From contig CM052829.1 of assembly GCA_028534125.1 (NCBI GenBank), positions 8,310,001-8,374,000 of the forward strand: 64,000 nucleotides of DNA, read 5' to 3'. Below, one piece after another: positions 25,484 to 37,539 of this stretch. Origin of the DNA: Lama glama. Lineage: Eukaryota. Numbering within the stretch: position 1 is the first letter of the stretch; each line of letters starts with the position of its first letter. The notes under the pieces were generated by a model. That model had not been told where the DNA came from, did not search any database, and saw only the letters and a program-made list of their open reading frames with translations. The position numbers and the translations under genes are program-made.

Positions 25484-25839
25484 AGGGAGACATTTCCTTT
25501 ACCTCTGCAGCCGGACAGAGGGCTCCTTGGCCTGGGCAGGCACCGGCCTCCTCACCTGTGGGCGGGGCTCAGCACGCTCTGAACTCAGGTGAAATGGGAC
25601 AGTGACCCCGACTGCTGGGTCCTGAGGACCTCTTCAGCTCTTCTCACCACCCTCGAGGCTGTCCTGGGAGCCCGTCTCACTTCAGGGGGAGACAGGGTGT
25701 TGGCTGCTGGTGTACAGACTTGGAGGGAGAGGGGCTGAAGCCTCACGAGACCGGCTGGCCTGGACAAGAAAGATCGGAGCCAGGGAAAGCCTGCTTGGGT
25801 CCTGCTTTTCAAAAAATTTCAAGTGTTGTGTGAAGTCAT

Positions 25840-26100
25840 GGAGAGAGACTTGCACACGGGGAGAAGGCCGTGTGACGGCAGAGGCAGACCAGGGAGGGAT
25901 GCAGCTGCGAGCCGAGGAACCATGGAGCCCGGGAGAGCCACGTGGGACCGACTCGCCTTCAGAGCCTCGGGGAGCCAGCTCTGCCGACTCCTTGTTTCAG
26001 ATTCTGGACCCCAGAACTGTGGAGGGATTAATTTCTGTTGTTTTGCGCCCCCTAGCCCCCTAGTTTGTGGTGCTTTGTTGCGGAAGCCCCAGCCGTACAA
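25840..26100 (+). mobile_element. MLT1 (C/D-like) LTR 3' half, unusually CpG-rich
   Basis: gaaggccgtgtgacggcagaggcaga...ttctggaccccagaactgtggaggga...tttctgttgtttt...gtttgtggtgctttgtt; collinear with 25260-25480. Confidence 0.8.
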
Positions 26101-27516
26101 GTAGGATCACTTTATCTGTAGGATACAGTTAGGGAAACACTGGCTCATATTAAAGAAATGCAAACCATCCTCGTCCTGAGAAGCCCAATGCAGCCTGCTT
26201 CCCTGGATGTGTCCCTGGCTGCCTCCCTCCACGTGAGCTCACTGACCCCTCTCTCCCTTACCATCCCCACCTCTGCTCTTCTGAGGGGCAAACACCAATT
26301 CCTTCACCTCTTTGTCTTAAGCTAAGCAATGTGGCCAGTTCTTAGCTTCGCCCCCTGCCGTCAGAGTCACTTGAGTGACCTATCAAAGGAATAAAGGCTA
26401 TTTTAAAGGAAATACACAGAGGTTCATGCAGATAACTGCACTGAATCATCTTTTGGCAGCTATTTGAAAAAAAAATACAAGTTATTGAATGATTGCAACA
26501 TGCACATTGCAAACAGAATGTAAGGATAACCTTCATTACACATGGGGAAACTGAGGCTCAGGCGGGTTAAGCAACTTGCCCGAGATGGATCCGAGGTCTG
26601 AACCTAAGGGATCTCACTTCAGAGCCCTTTCTTTTAAGCAAATTACCAAATCAACTTCAAAAGATGTAGCCTTGTACGTATTTGGAAGGGCTTGCCAAAT
26701 TTCCCATATTCTTCCTATAATTTTAACATTTTATAGACATTTGCTGCTGTAAGTAGATATGACACCTAAAGAAATACAGAATGGTGATTCAGAGCTCAGT
26801 GATTCTGTACAGTTTATTTTCTTATTTAATAGTGAAATTAATAATGAATATTTTGGCCGCAGCCTGCAAGCCTGCATAGCAATTCCACTTGTAGGTAGTT
26901 CCTTGAATAATAAGTTCATTGTGTTATGCCTCAAGCTTTGGTAAAGGACGGTCTCTCTCTCTCTTATTTTTTTCCCTGAAGTTCAAGCACAGGAATATTC
27001 ATACATTTTGTTTTAAACTCTTACAATAATCATTCTCTTTCAAGTGCAAATGTTGTGGAGCATGAGATTCTTAGCCAAATAAAATAATAAATCACTCACT
27101 TAAAAAAGTCTTTTCTGCCAAACGGCATACCCAGTTAGCTTTGGCTTGAACAGACAGAACTTTATAGCTTGAGTTACTAAACTAAATGAAACTTGGGTGA
27201 GGGAAATTCCTGTTTTACCCAAGCAGCCAACTTGGAGTTCACATTATTAAAATGCCCTGAGTCTCCTGACTGTCTCCAGGGCTCGGACACAGTGAGCTTC
27301 TGTCTTCCTCTTGCTCCCGTGAACTTTAAACACAGACATTCCTTGATGTGCTCTTGCAGACACAAACTGCACTGAACGGGGTCCACCGAGCCGTCTTTAG
27401 ACTCGTGTCTTGTCTGACAGGATAAATCAACAGTTGCAAGGCCTTGGATGGAGTCCAAGGCCCACTAGCTAAGTGAAGATTCTGCATAAACATGTAGGAG
27501 ACAGTCAGCCCTCTGC

Positions 27517-28155
27517 AGGACTGGTGATGTAATTTGCAGGCCTAGTGCAAGATGAAAATGCAGGGCCCCTTGCTCAAAAATGGTTAAGTATTTCAAGACA
27601 GTGACAGCAGAGCCTTTAACCAAGTGCTGGTGAGGCCGGAAGCCCCATAAAAAGACCCGCGGGACCCCCAGGCAGGGCCACTACTCTCCTGCCAGCACCA
27701 TCTGGTTCCCTGACCCAGAGGCTCTATCGCACTTTTTGCCTCTGAAACAGCTTGCTTACCCCTAAAATTCTATTGGTTCCCTGAGCTCACTCCTGATTGG
27801 TTATTTCTCTCCCTCCTGATTGGTCTGTTTCTACAAAGCTTGTTCCTAGTTAGTCAACTTTTGTTATACTTTATTTGCATATGATGTTGCAAAGTGTAAA
27901 CTGGCAGCCTATAAAGGCCTGTGTAAACCTACAGACGGGGTCCAGAGCTTGGAGTATTAACTCTTTTGGGCCTGCTGGCGTAATAAACCTGAGTTCTCCA
28001 ACTCTCCAAGTGCTGCTTGGTCTCTCGCCCGGATCCAGGTTGCTGTCACAACTGAGCTGTAACACTGAGCTGTAACATATTTTTCTGCAACACTGGGGCC
28101 TTCCGAGCACAGGCTTGGGCCACTGTGCAGGCCACATGCCCATGAAGCCCTCCTT
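27517..28155 (-). mobile_element. MER45A-like hAT-Tip100 element split by an LTR
   Basis: taatttgcaggcctagtgcaagatgaaaatgcagggccccttgctc...tttaaccaagtg, resuming ggccttccgagcacagg...cacatgcccatgaagcc. Confidence 0.85.
27631..28092 (+). mobile_element. Young, intact 462-bp ERV1-class solo LTR
   Basis: TG...CA ends; perfect 4-bp TSD ctgg (27627-27630, 28093-28096); TATAAA 27910-27915; AATAAA 27982-27987. Confidence 0.92.
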
Positions 28156-28199
28156 CCAGCTGCCAGACCCCTCCTGCTCCCTACCATCCTGGCCCCTTT

Positions 28200-28865
28200 G
28201 GCACCATATTGCATCAATCACCGCGTTCTGCTGATTCTGTCACCTGGATACTTTGCACACACACCCATCTCCCCTTCTCCCTCTCCAGCCGTCTCTCCCC
28301 TCCACACCAGACCCTACTTTCTGCAGCCTTCTCTGCTCACGGCAAAGGTCCACCCCGCACCCATGGACAAGGCTTGGGTGGCTTCTTGCTGCTCTTGGTG
28401 GAAGCCCCCAGACCAGAACATGGACTTCCAGACCCTCGCCCTTGCTGTCCCCCTTCCATCCCCAGCATCTTTGGCTCATGCCCCACTCTCCCTGGCCCTG
28501 GGTGTTTTAGTCACCTGGACTTCTCCCATACTGCCCCTCAAAGAGAATGCTCCCACCTCTGAGCCTGCTCACAGGCTGCTCTGTTGGCCCATGTCATTCC
28601 TTCTGTCTTCACCTGGCTCACTCGTAGCCAGCCACCAGGTCCTGGCTTGTGTAAAATGTCCTTAGGAAGCTTTCCCCGTATCTCAGACAAGGGTAGCTCC
28701 CCTGGCTACCCACTTGCCCAGCTCTCTCTCTGCCAGTTGGCATAACTCGTTACACTTGCCCAGTGTATTTTCTGTCCACGAAGGCAGGGTCCTACCTTGC
28801 CTTGTTCCCAGGGTACCGGCACTGTTGTAGAAATTTGTAAGTATTTGTTGGTGGATTGGTTGCTT
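28200..28865 (+). mobile_element. LINE-2 3' region
   Basis: Pyrimidine-rich decayed L2 ending ccacgaaggcagggtcc...gtaagtatttgttggtggattgg; explains the overlapping ORFs here. Confidence 0.65.
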
Positions 28866-29744
28866 GGTTCAAGGGTCTCACAGACTCAGGATCCTGGAGG
28901 AAGAGAGCCATGCACTGTCATGTAGTAACGAGGGACATGCACTTGCTGTCACTGCTCCTGTGTAAAGGGGGCAGTAGAGTGATGAAAAGTCTGGGCAGCT
29001 AGTGACTCTGCCGAATGACCGTGTGCCCCATCTGAACAAGCCCTGCTCACTGAGGAAGCCCACTGCTCCTGTTCCTCTTCAGTGCTCTAAAAAGTAACAT
29101 TCTGGGATTATGTGTAATTGTTCAGTATTCCTTCTCTATTTTTCTAGTTTGTGACAAAACACATGTATTACTTTGATAATCATGACGAACCACCCCTCCC
29201 CAGCAAATTTTGCTTAAAAAAAAAAAGTACCAGTCAAGAGGAATTTCCTACTGGGGTTCATTTTCTTTGCAAATATATTTCCTCTGGCTGGAAAGGGGAA
29301 ACATCTTTCCTCCTCTGCTCCACACATCACAGAGAAAGGGTACAAAGAGGAACTTAAGTCTAGTGTCAGTGCTGCCAATTAACATTCTTTCCACAAATTT
29401 ATATAAAAGTTAGAAAGCAAACACAGCCATAAAGCTAGGCCCTGAGTGCTTCTGATCACCAGGGACAGTGTTTACTACCTCTGAGGTCCTGAGCCATGAG
29501 AAAATTGAGGGCAATTCCTTTTTACTCCAAGGTCACGGCTGGACAAGCAAAGGTTAATAGCCTCACTGATGATCTGTCTTCAAACACTTTTGCCCTCCTG
29601 TTACATCTGTCTTCTGCTAAATAGGTTAAAAAAAAGGGGGGGCCAAATTTAAGAAAAGTCTGTGGAATAGACTAGACAGAGATCAGAATGTCTAGTAAGG
29701 CTAAAGCGTTAGGTGGACATGACGCAATTCACACCAGCACCTGA

Positions 29745-29849
29745 TGGGTTGACCAAATGTCCTGGTTGACTCAGGACTGAGGTGCTCCCTGGTTTCTTGA
29801 CTTAAAACTGAGATGGTCCCAGACAAAGCAGGATGAGTTGATCACCTTA
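29745..29849. mobile_element. MER81-like hAT-Blackjack element
   Basis: Degenerate TIRs gggttgaccaaatgtcctggtt / gcaggatgagttgatcacct, ~105 bp long. Confidence 0.7.
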
Positions 29850-31269
29850 CTATGTGATGGCCTATGAGACAGAAAGCAGATGTGGTTCCAGCAGTGCATC
29901 TCCTAGGCCCGGCCCCTAAGAGCCCCCAGTGTGATGCTGTGTGGCTTTTAGCATCTCTCCCAAAACTCCACCCAAGGACCTCATAGCACTGCCATTTTCC
30001 AGGGCGGTTTTGAGAATCAACTCTGGCCTGAAACTAGGAGCTCAGACCATAATTTTATCTTTAGCATGTAACATTTGTTTTTTATTTTATAGAATGAACT
30101 GCTTTAACTCTAATGATTTAAAATGATTTGTGATTAGAGAGAAAACAGGATCCTGGTCTGACCTGAGACTTTGACACAACTTGAACTGTTAAAATTTTTC
30201 ACTTTAAGTTGCACTGAATGCAAATTTCAGTTCCTAAAAAATCCAAATAATGCAACACATGTTAAGGGAAGGAGGTTTGATTTATCTCTTTTTCCTAAAA
30301 TGATGACCTAGTAGGAAAATTGCTGAAAAACACATTGTAGGTTCATGCTAACACAGAGCCACACTGCAAAGCTGTAGGAAGGATTTTTTTCTCTTTCTGC
30401 TGCAGTAGGTGGAAGACAGGAACATTAGGGTAAGTTCTATGTCAGGGCTGTCATAAAAACAATTTGTGTTGAACACCGCTTTATACACACTGCCTCCAAG
30501 TTTCCAGATCCCATGGAGTGGATGACACCGTCATCCTGGTTCCACACAGAAAAAACTCAGAGTTAAGTGTCCTGAGCCCAGGCATCCAGGTCTGGTTGTG
30601 CCCAGAGTCAGCAGTATTCCCACTACTTCCAGGTGCTTCTCATCTTCAAAGAGGGGAAGTCTATTTTTTCCCCTGTCTTCTAGCTCTTGTGCTAGATCAA
30701 CCAATGGAAGGTATATTGACAGAGAGCTACACACCTCCAGCTGAGTAAGAGAGATGCCAGAAGCTGCTTTTAATTTTTTAAGAAAGATTCTCTAAGTACC
30801 CCCTTTCTTTAGGGAATTGTTCTTTATACATTAGGGAGAACTTTCACGTCCATTAGGAAAAGAAAGAGGAGCAGTAGCCGTAATAACAAAAGTGCCTGTT
30901 AGGTAGGACTTGCCACATGGAAGAAGCATTTACCTATATTTTTTCTAATTTTTAAACAATCCAGTGAGGACCCCGAGGCTCTGAGAGGTAACAGAGCTGG
31001 GACTTTGACCCGGGGCTAACCTCAAAGTTCAAGTGCTTTTTACATTATCAATTTGTACTTAGTTTTGCTCATTTTACAATTGAGGAAACTAAGATGCATT
31101 GAGGCTAAGAGACTTGCTGAGTTCACATCCTTAGCATTAACAGGATTACAGCTCACACCTAAGTAGACAACCCAGAGCCAGAGCCTGTGAGACACTGCAA
31201 GGCTTTAAATGCAAACCAGCCTGAAGCATAAAGCCCCACGGAATGATGTGATTCCGAGGCAGGAATTTC

Positions 31270-31690
31270 TACCAGTTAGGAATCCCTTGGTTGTAAGCGA
31301 CAGAAATCAGCCAGAGCTAAACAAGCAGAGAAAATGTAAGTTTTTCAGGAGTGTCAAACAGAACCAGGAATAAGCCTGTAGCTGGGTCTCGGGAAGAAAT
31401 CAGGGCTTTCTTTCTGGTTTCTGTAGATCAGCTGCCCCTGCTCAGTGCAAGGGGTGGGACTCAGGTCACTGCTGCACCCAAGTTTATACATTTTAAGTAC
31501 AGCTAATGGGAAAGATTTCTTTGTTCCATTTCATTTTCCAGGAGAAGGGCCAATGATTGGTTAAAGCCATTTAGGGTGGGCACCTCTAGTCCACAAGTCC
31601 AGCTCAACTCCTTGGAAGACAGGAATGGGGGTTACCAGAGAACTGGGCATCATTGTGACTTGGACGGATGATCCAGTACGTATCCAGGTG
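31270..31690 (-). mobile_element. Old ERVL/MaLR-type LTR (LTR33/MLT1-like); related fragment at ~17255-17400
   Basis: ccagttaggaatcccttggttgtaagcgacagaaatcagccagagcta, a terminus typical of these families. Confidence 0.45.
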
Positions 31691-32862
31691 TCAGAATTCA
31701 AAACGAGTTAGGGTGAAGCATTATAATAATGTCTAGACAAATACAATGGCGTAGTCAAACAGAGCCTGAACTAGTGAGAGGATACCTAGCCAACTATTAT
31801 CTCTTTCAAATCTCCTGGAAAATTGTATGTACTATAAACATTGCCTTTACTGTTGCAATGAACTGTATTTAAAGTTCAAAATTTGGGGGGGAGGGTAATA
31901 ATTTAGTGGAGAAATGTTCTAAAGGAACTCCCAGTCAACTACAATGTTGGGCTCAAGACCTTTTGTAAGTTCCCTGGTACAAAGGAGTCTGCTGCGATAG
32001 CTTTCTGGGTAACATCCGACCTGATTCCAGAGCTCCCTTGTGAATAAATATTATGGTCTTTTTGCAAGAGAGTCAGGATGGAAGATTAGCAGATGTGCAA
32101 TTTTTAGCTTTTGATGGTGGACGATGCCCAGTCTACCCCAGATCCTTTCTCTCCAGGAAATTACCAAAATACATTCAAATGATAAATGTATTTTAAAAAA
32201 TGAACACCTCAAATCCCCCGTGGTTGTAGCTGTGCCCCTCAGTTCATCTTGGCAGTTGGTGGACTGGGAATATGGGCATAAATACTTCCCTGAAGGATTT
32301 CAGATCTAATCTTTCGTGGAGAGTGGGGTCAGAGTTGGAGGATCAGCTGTCTCTGAGGGTAAGGTCTGTCACTGAATGGAGCAATCTCCTTCTGATCCTA
32401 AAGGCTTATTATCTCTTGGCCTGACTCCTGGTCCCTTTTCAGAGAATCTGTGTCACAGGCTTACACTCAGCCTTTGTTACTATTTTAAATTGATTTGGAT
32501 TATGTCCATGCAAATGCTCAAAGCATTGGTATCTGTAATTATGTTTTGCAAGAGGTATTAGCTGCTGCCAGCACTTTTTACAGTTTAGTGTTGCAAGGAG
32601 GAGCTGTAACTTTTGGACACATGGTTATTTAATTCCATACAGTACAGAGAAAGAGGCCGAATCACGATTGGCCTCCACAAGGAGGTGCCAGGGCCACTCC
32701 ACTCCAGCAATGTTACTGCCCCACCAGGCACATCTATTCACACTTTGGATCTGTCATGTGATGGCCCCACTGATGTCAACAAATGATTCATTGTCAGCTT
32801 GAAGGGAAAAACAGACTGTGTAGGAAGGTGCCATACATATGGCAATAGATCGGGGGTTTTTT

Positions 32863-32876
32863 CTGCCATCTGCTGG
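32863..32876 (-). promoter_or_regulatory. Candidate CTCF site
   Basis: Reverse strand CCAGCAGATGGCAG matches the core CCASYAGRKGGCRS at every position; lies in repeat-poor sequence. Motif match only. Confidence 0.4.
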
Positions 32877-33872
32877 GGAACCCTGACCTTATTCTCACAC
32901 ATTCGAGGTGGAAATGTGACGCGATTAAACTGATTTACAAAAGCCACGAACAGAAACCAGTGTATTTTTTTTAGCCTTAGTGTGGCTAAGGTTTACTTCC
33001 TCTGCACATGTATAGCAAAGGTTTGCAGACATGGCTGGGGGAGAGAGCCAGCTTCTGATAGAAGGTCTGTTTTCTGGTTACTGCTTCTATAATTTGTACT
33101 TGTCCCTCGGTATTGCCAAAGAAAAGGACTTCTTAGATTCAATTAAACGTGAAGGTGGTGTTTCTCTGCCTCCACTGGCCATTCCAGTGTTGAAGGCCAA
33201 TGAGCATGAGCAGAATAGTGGTTCGGAAATAGATTCAGAGAGGGCACAAGGATGGGAAACGCCACAGAAGATTATTTTAGATCCAGAATGTCAGGGTTAA
33301 CACTATCTTGATTCAGGGCAGTGACTGGCTCAAAAATAGAGCTGAAAATGCCTATACAAAGCAAGCACCAATTTGCATTATATGTACTTGGAGCTTTAAA
33401 AGGCAGCCTGCACATCTCTGTGTGTCAATTTTCAGAAAGGGACCAAGGTAAGATTAATGACCCTTGACACCTGCTTTGCTTTCTTCCTCTGCTGTAAAAA
33501 TCCCACCTGGGGAGACTCTGGCACGCCGCAGAGATACTCTACTTGGAGAACAAGAAGCAGCGTGGTTTGTGTAACACACTAGAGATGTGTGACTCTAGCT
33601 TTGTTAGTAATTAATTGGGATACTTGGTCATGTTTCTTAACCTGCAGAGTTTTCCAGGATAAAATTTCACACGACCTCACCTCGGTGTTTTGAGGAATTG
33701 CCAGTAAGACAGATTATCCGGCCCATGGGAAATGGAAGCTATTAATTGGCATGGCGGGTGGGGCCCGGAATCAGGCAGGTGTGTAGAGGGGGTGACTCAC
33801 GGAGAAGGCGGGGCTCCACACTGGAGGGAAGCTGACCCGGTGTCTCTCCAGGTAAGAAAAATGAGTCACTAG

Positions 33873-34409
33873 TGTTGGGGAGGGGGCAGTTTCCCCCCCT
33901 ACCCATCTTGAGTCCTTGTGGCTGGACTAATAATAAAATTGACACCACATAGATTAGCAGGAGAAAAAGAAAAACATTTAAAATCCTGCTCAAGAAGGTC
34001 ACATAGAAATGGGACCTAAGAAGCAGCCAGACCAGGCAGCTTTTATATTTTTTAGACACAGAAATGATAAATTTATGGGGACTTAACAGGACAAAGAAAC
34101 TTAGGTTCGGGTGCTCAATTATTAGTCAAGAATCTGAACAGAGTCTGGGCTTAGGATATGAGTTAAAGAAGTAACAGGTTGTTTACATGGAATTCCTGGC
34201 CTGATTCCCTCTCTTTGGTGATGAGTGCTCTACCTCCATGCGCAGGGAGCACACCTGCCACACAAGAGATTTATTTCCTGCTTTCAGGGAGGCAGAAAGG
34301 AAGGTCAGAGTGTCCCTCTTGCAGTGGCTGTTTCTTAAGAAACTTTAATTCAAAATAATCGATATGCCATTGAGGCATATTTCAGGGAGGCCTGCCCTGG
34401 GCCCCAACA
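33873..34409 (-). mobile_element. ERV1 solo LTR, MER34/MER39-like
   Basis: Inverted termini tgttgggg...ccccaaca; TSD ctag / ctgg; antisense TATAAAAG; homologous to 44099-44519. Confidence 0.85.
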
Positions 34410-35638
34410 CTGGATTCATGGCGCCCTGCCTGACCCACTCCTTGGCCAACCATCAAACCCCAGGACCATCTCAAAGGCTTGTTTCTTCAAATCTGATTTG
34501 TCCTGTTCCCTTCTCAGCCTCACCCTTTTATAAAGCACTAGTTAGAAAGGGGAGAAGGCCCTTTTCCATGGTACCTGTCTCTGCCTTCAGTTCTTTAAGT
34601 TCCATGGAGAAGGCTTAGAGCTCTAAGTGGAAAAGGTCTTTCATGGTGGGAGGGTCTGAGCTGGAAGCTCAGGGCAGCTTCCCTGGCCCTCCTCCCTCCC
34701 TACCCTATGGCAGAAGAGCCCCTGGCCCTACTCAGAGTCAAAGAAGGCGGATGGGCCATGCCTGGAGGGATGACAGTACATGACCCATTATCACCATGCC
34801 AACACCAAAACCTACTGGAAGAAACTTTCCATCCATTCTCAGGTAGTCAAGGAAATGCCCATATTTTACATTGCAGCGTATAATCTGTGTAGAGTGAGCT
34901 GAAAAGAGGCTGGAGGGCGTTTTTGTTTGATTCTCCATTTGATTTGGGAGATTTGATGGGATTCATAGGATTTCTACCATCCTCCTTTTCAGAAGAAACA
35001 TCCACACTTCAAAAATGCAGCAAAGCCAGTGAAAAGAGAAGAGGCTTCTGGTTCAGATCGAATCTGCTGGTTGGTAAGAGATGCTGGGGATTCCAGACCT
35101 GACTTTTCCTTCCCGACCAGACGTCGTGGCTCTGAGCTGGTGGGAAGAGCTGACCTACCACGTGATCCCGGCTCCCTCCGATCATCTTTTTCACTCTGCT
35201 TCCTGGGGTGTGTCCCTGAGCCAGGTCCTTTTCCCACTGAGCTGTTTTCCCAGTTTCCAGGTTCCAGTTTTCACTTTGCTCTCCCTAGACATTTCTGAGC
35301 ACACTGTATCTGCAGTGGACATTGAAGTTCCAGATTAAATCTCACCGAACCTCCTCAGACAGGCTGTCTCTGGGCTCCACGCTCCACCTTCCTGGATCCT
35401 GAGGACAGAGCAGCACCAGGTTTTATCATGTGCATCACCACTTCCTATACCTGTTTCACTGGACCCAGGAAGTAGCTAGTCAGATACTGTTAGCCCCATT
35501 CTACAAATGGGGAAACCGAGGCTCAGGGCAATTCAGTAGAATACGTCTAAGGTCACATAGTTGAAATGCAACAGAACTTGCTTCTAGGTCAGTCCTTCCA
35601 AAACCTGTGCACTTAGGTCTTTTTAAAAAGCCCTTTTT

Positions 35639-35880
35639 GGATAAATTAGGAGTTTGGGATGAACAGATACATATGACTATATATAAAATAGATAAACAAC
35701 AAGGACTTACTGTATAGCACAGGGAACTATATTCAATTTCTTGTAATAAGCTGTAATGGAAAAGAATTTGAAAAAAAATGTATGCTTATGTATAATTGAA
35801 TTGCTTTGCTGTACACCTGAAACTCACATTGTAAATTGACTATACTTGAATAAAAAATAAAATTAAAATAAATAAATAAA
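35639..35880 (+). mobile_element. 5'-truncated cetartiodactyl-type L1 3' end
   Basis: ggataaattaggagtttgggat...tactgtatagcacagggaactatattcaa...; (A/TAAA) tail; imperfect TSD aaaagccctttt / aaaagcccccttt. Confidence 0.9.
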
Positions 35881-37042
35881 AAGCCCCCTTTATGCTGAAA
35901 ACCTCTTTCTGCTCTGCAGGGCACAATGCTAGAATAATAGGAGAGTGGTGACTCATAACCAGCTTCTGACTTTTTATTGCACACACAAAACAAGGCTCTA
36001 CTGATTCTTCCCAAGAACGTATTACATCTTCAAGAATGAGCTTAAACTCCAAGCGTAACTGACAGCACCTCAGGGACCCTTGATATGTGTTGGTGTCTGA
36101 ATGGAAAAAGGAGACATGCCTCGAACACTCTAAAAATAAGTGATTCTATGAAACTAATACCACAAAAAGGAACTAAAGAAGTATGTGTCAGCTGTTCTGA
36201 TACAATCAACCGATTACCTAGAGCATCGTCAGAAACACGTGTGTGGAGGGGGGCAGTGGTGTAGTCTGCCCCAGAGGAGACGTGTTCTATCACTGCCATT
36301 GCTTAGAATGGCCACATCTGGCGATAATAAAAAGCAGGCCAATTAGTTGCTTTTCCTCTTATTAATTTTCTACAGACAGTACACCCCAGCTCCCCTGGCT
36401 CCCACCTCCACAGTTTCCACCTCCCACTCAGTACACCACCAAGTGTAACCAGTGATTCATGTTACCCATCAGATCAGATTTTTTTTCAGAAATATTTTAA
36501 TTGGCCTTTTTTTCCTTAAATAAATAAACCTCACTTCCCTCTGCTTGGTTACCAGATCCCGCCTCCCCAAGTCTGATTCCCCCCAGCTGCCTACAGGCTC
36601 CCACCAGCCAGGCCTGAGGCAATGAAAACGGAAAAGCCCCTCCCCATTAGGGAGCCGGGGCTGGGGTCTGCCTGCTGCTGCCCCACCCCTACCTGAGCAC
36701 AGGGCCGGTGACCAGTTTACCAGACTGGCCTCAGCCCCAATCCTGGTTTCTTCTGACCCTGAAGTCCAGCCCTGAGTGTCAGGTCAGGCAATCCCTGCCA
36801 CCTGTTTCCTCCCTGTCCCCAAATCCTCTGAATCTGCACTGGCTGGCCCCTACATCAACCTGAACAGAACCCTCTAGAACTGTGACCGTGGCATCCCCTG
36901 AAGCTAAGAAGTACCCTTGTCTAAACCCTCTGCTGGCAGCCTCTTTCCTGCATCAGCCTCACAGAGGATTGGATGAACATCACTCCCTGAGGGCAAAGCA
37001 CGGAGGGAGGTGGGGGTGGAGAGGCACCCGCTGCCCTGGTTC

Positions 37043-37437
37043 CAGCGGTGTGCTGGCAAACATTAACAACCAGCTCTCTGGAAGAAAAGCGCTGGGAACA
37101 GCAGCATTTGCTACCTGGCAGGAATCCTCCCACCACGGCCCATCTCAAGCTATCCCCATGGCGTCACTGACTGCGGGGTTGGGAACAGATGTACGTCGTT
37201 ATACAGTATTTCTGCCTTAAGGACGTAATAGATGTAAAATAACCCTGACCGCAGAGGAAGCGGTAAAATGTAAGTAATTAGGAAGTGATGAGTGTTAGGT
37301 GTTTATAACTTTTGTTTTTGGTATATTTTATTCAGTTTTCAGGTTCTACATAATTTAATTTTTAATAATGGCTATGTTTAACACCAGCTTAAGAATTGGT
37401 TCACTTGAGCCTGTCCGGGCCCTCCCGCACATCACTG
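37043..37437. mobile_element. MER63-like hAT-Blackjack element
   Basis: TIRs cagcggtgtgctgg / cccgcacatcactg; internal taacaaccagctct and ataatttaatttttaataatggctatgtttaac. Confidence 0.8.
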
Positions 37438-37539
37438 CCCAGGGTGTCTCTCAGGCCCCACCTCCCATGGCTTCAGCCCTACTTCATCTTACCCGGCCAG
37501 CGGGCTCCAGGGTCTCAGTGTTCCTATCAGCCAGGGCCG

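Noticed and set aside
27440..27462. 9-bp stem hairpin ggccttgga-tggag-tccaaggcc as a small RNA or terminator
   Set aside because: Too short for a pre-miRNA; a few such stems are expected by chance, and bacterial-type terminators do not apply here
28198..28665. 155-aa ORF and overlapping ORFs
   Set aside because: Lie in C-rich decayed L2 sequence that is open in several frames on both strands, a compositional artefact
33436..33447. 12-nt microexon (ttttcag|AAAGGGACCAAG|gtaaga)
   Set aside because: Weak pyrimidine tract, no host gene identified, and expected by chance in 64 kb
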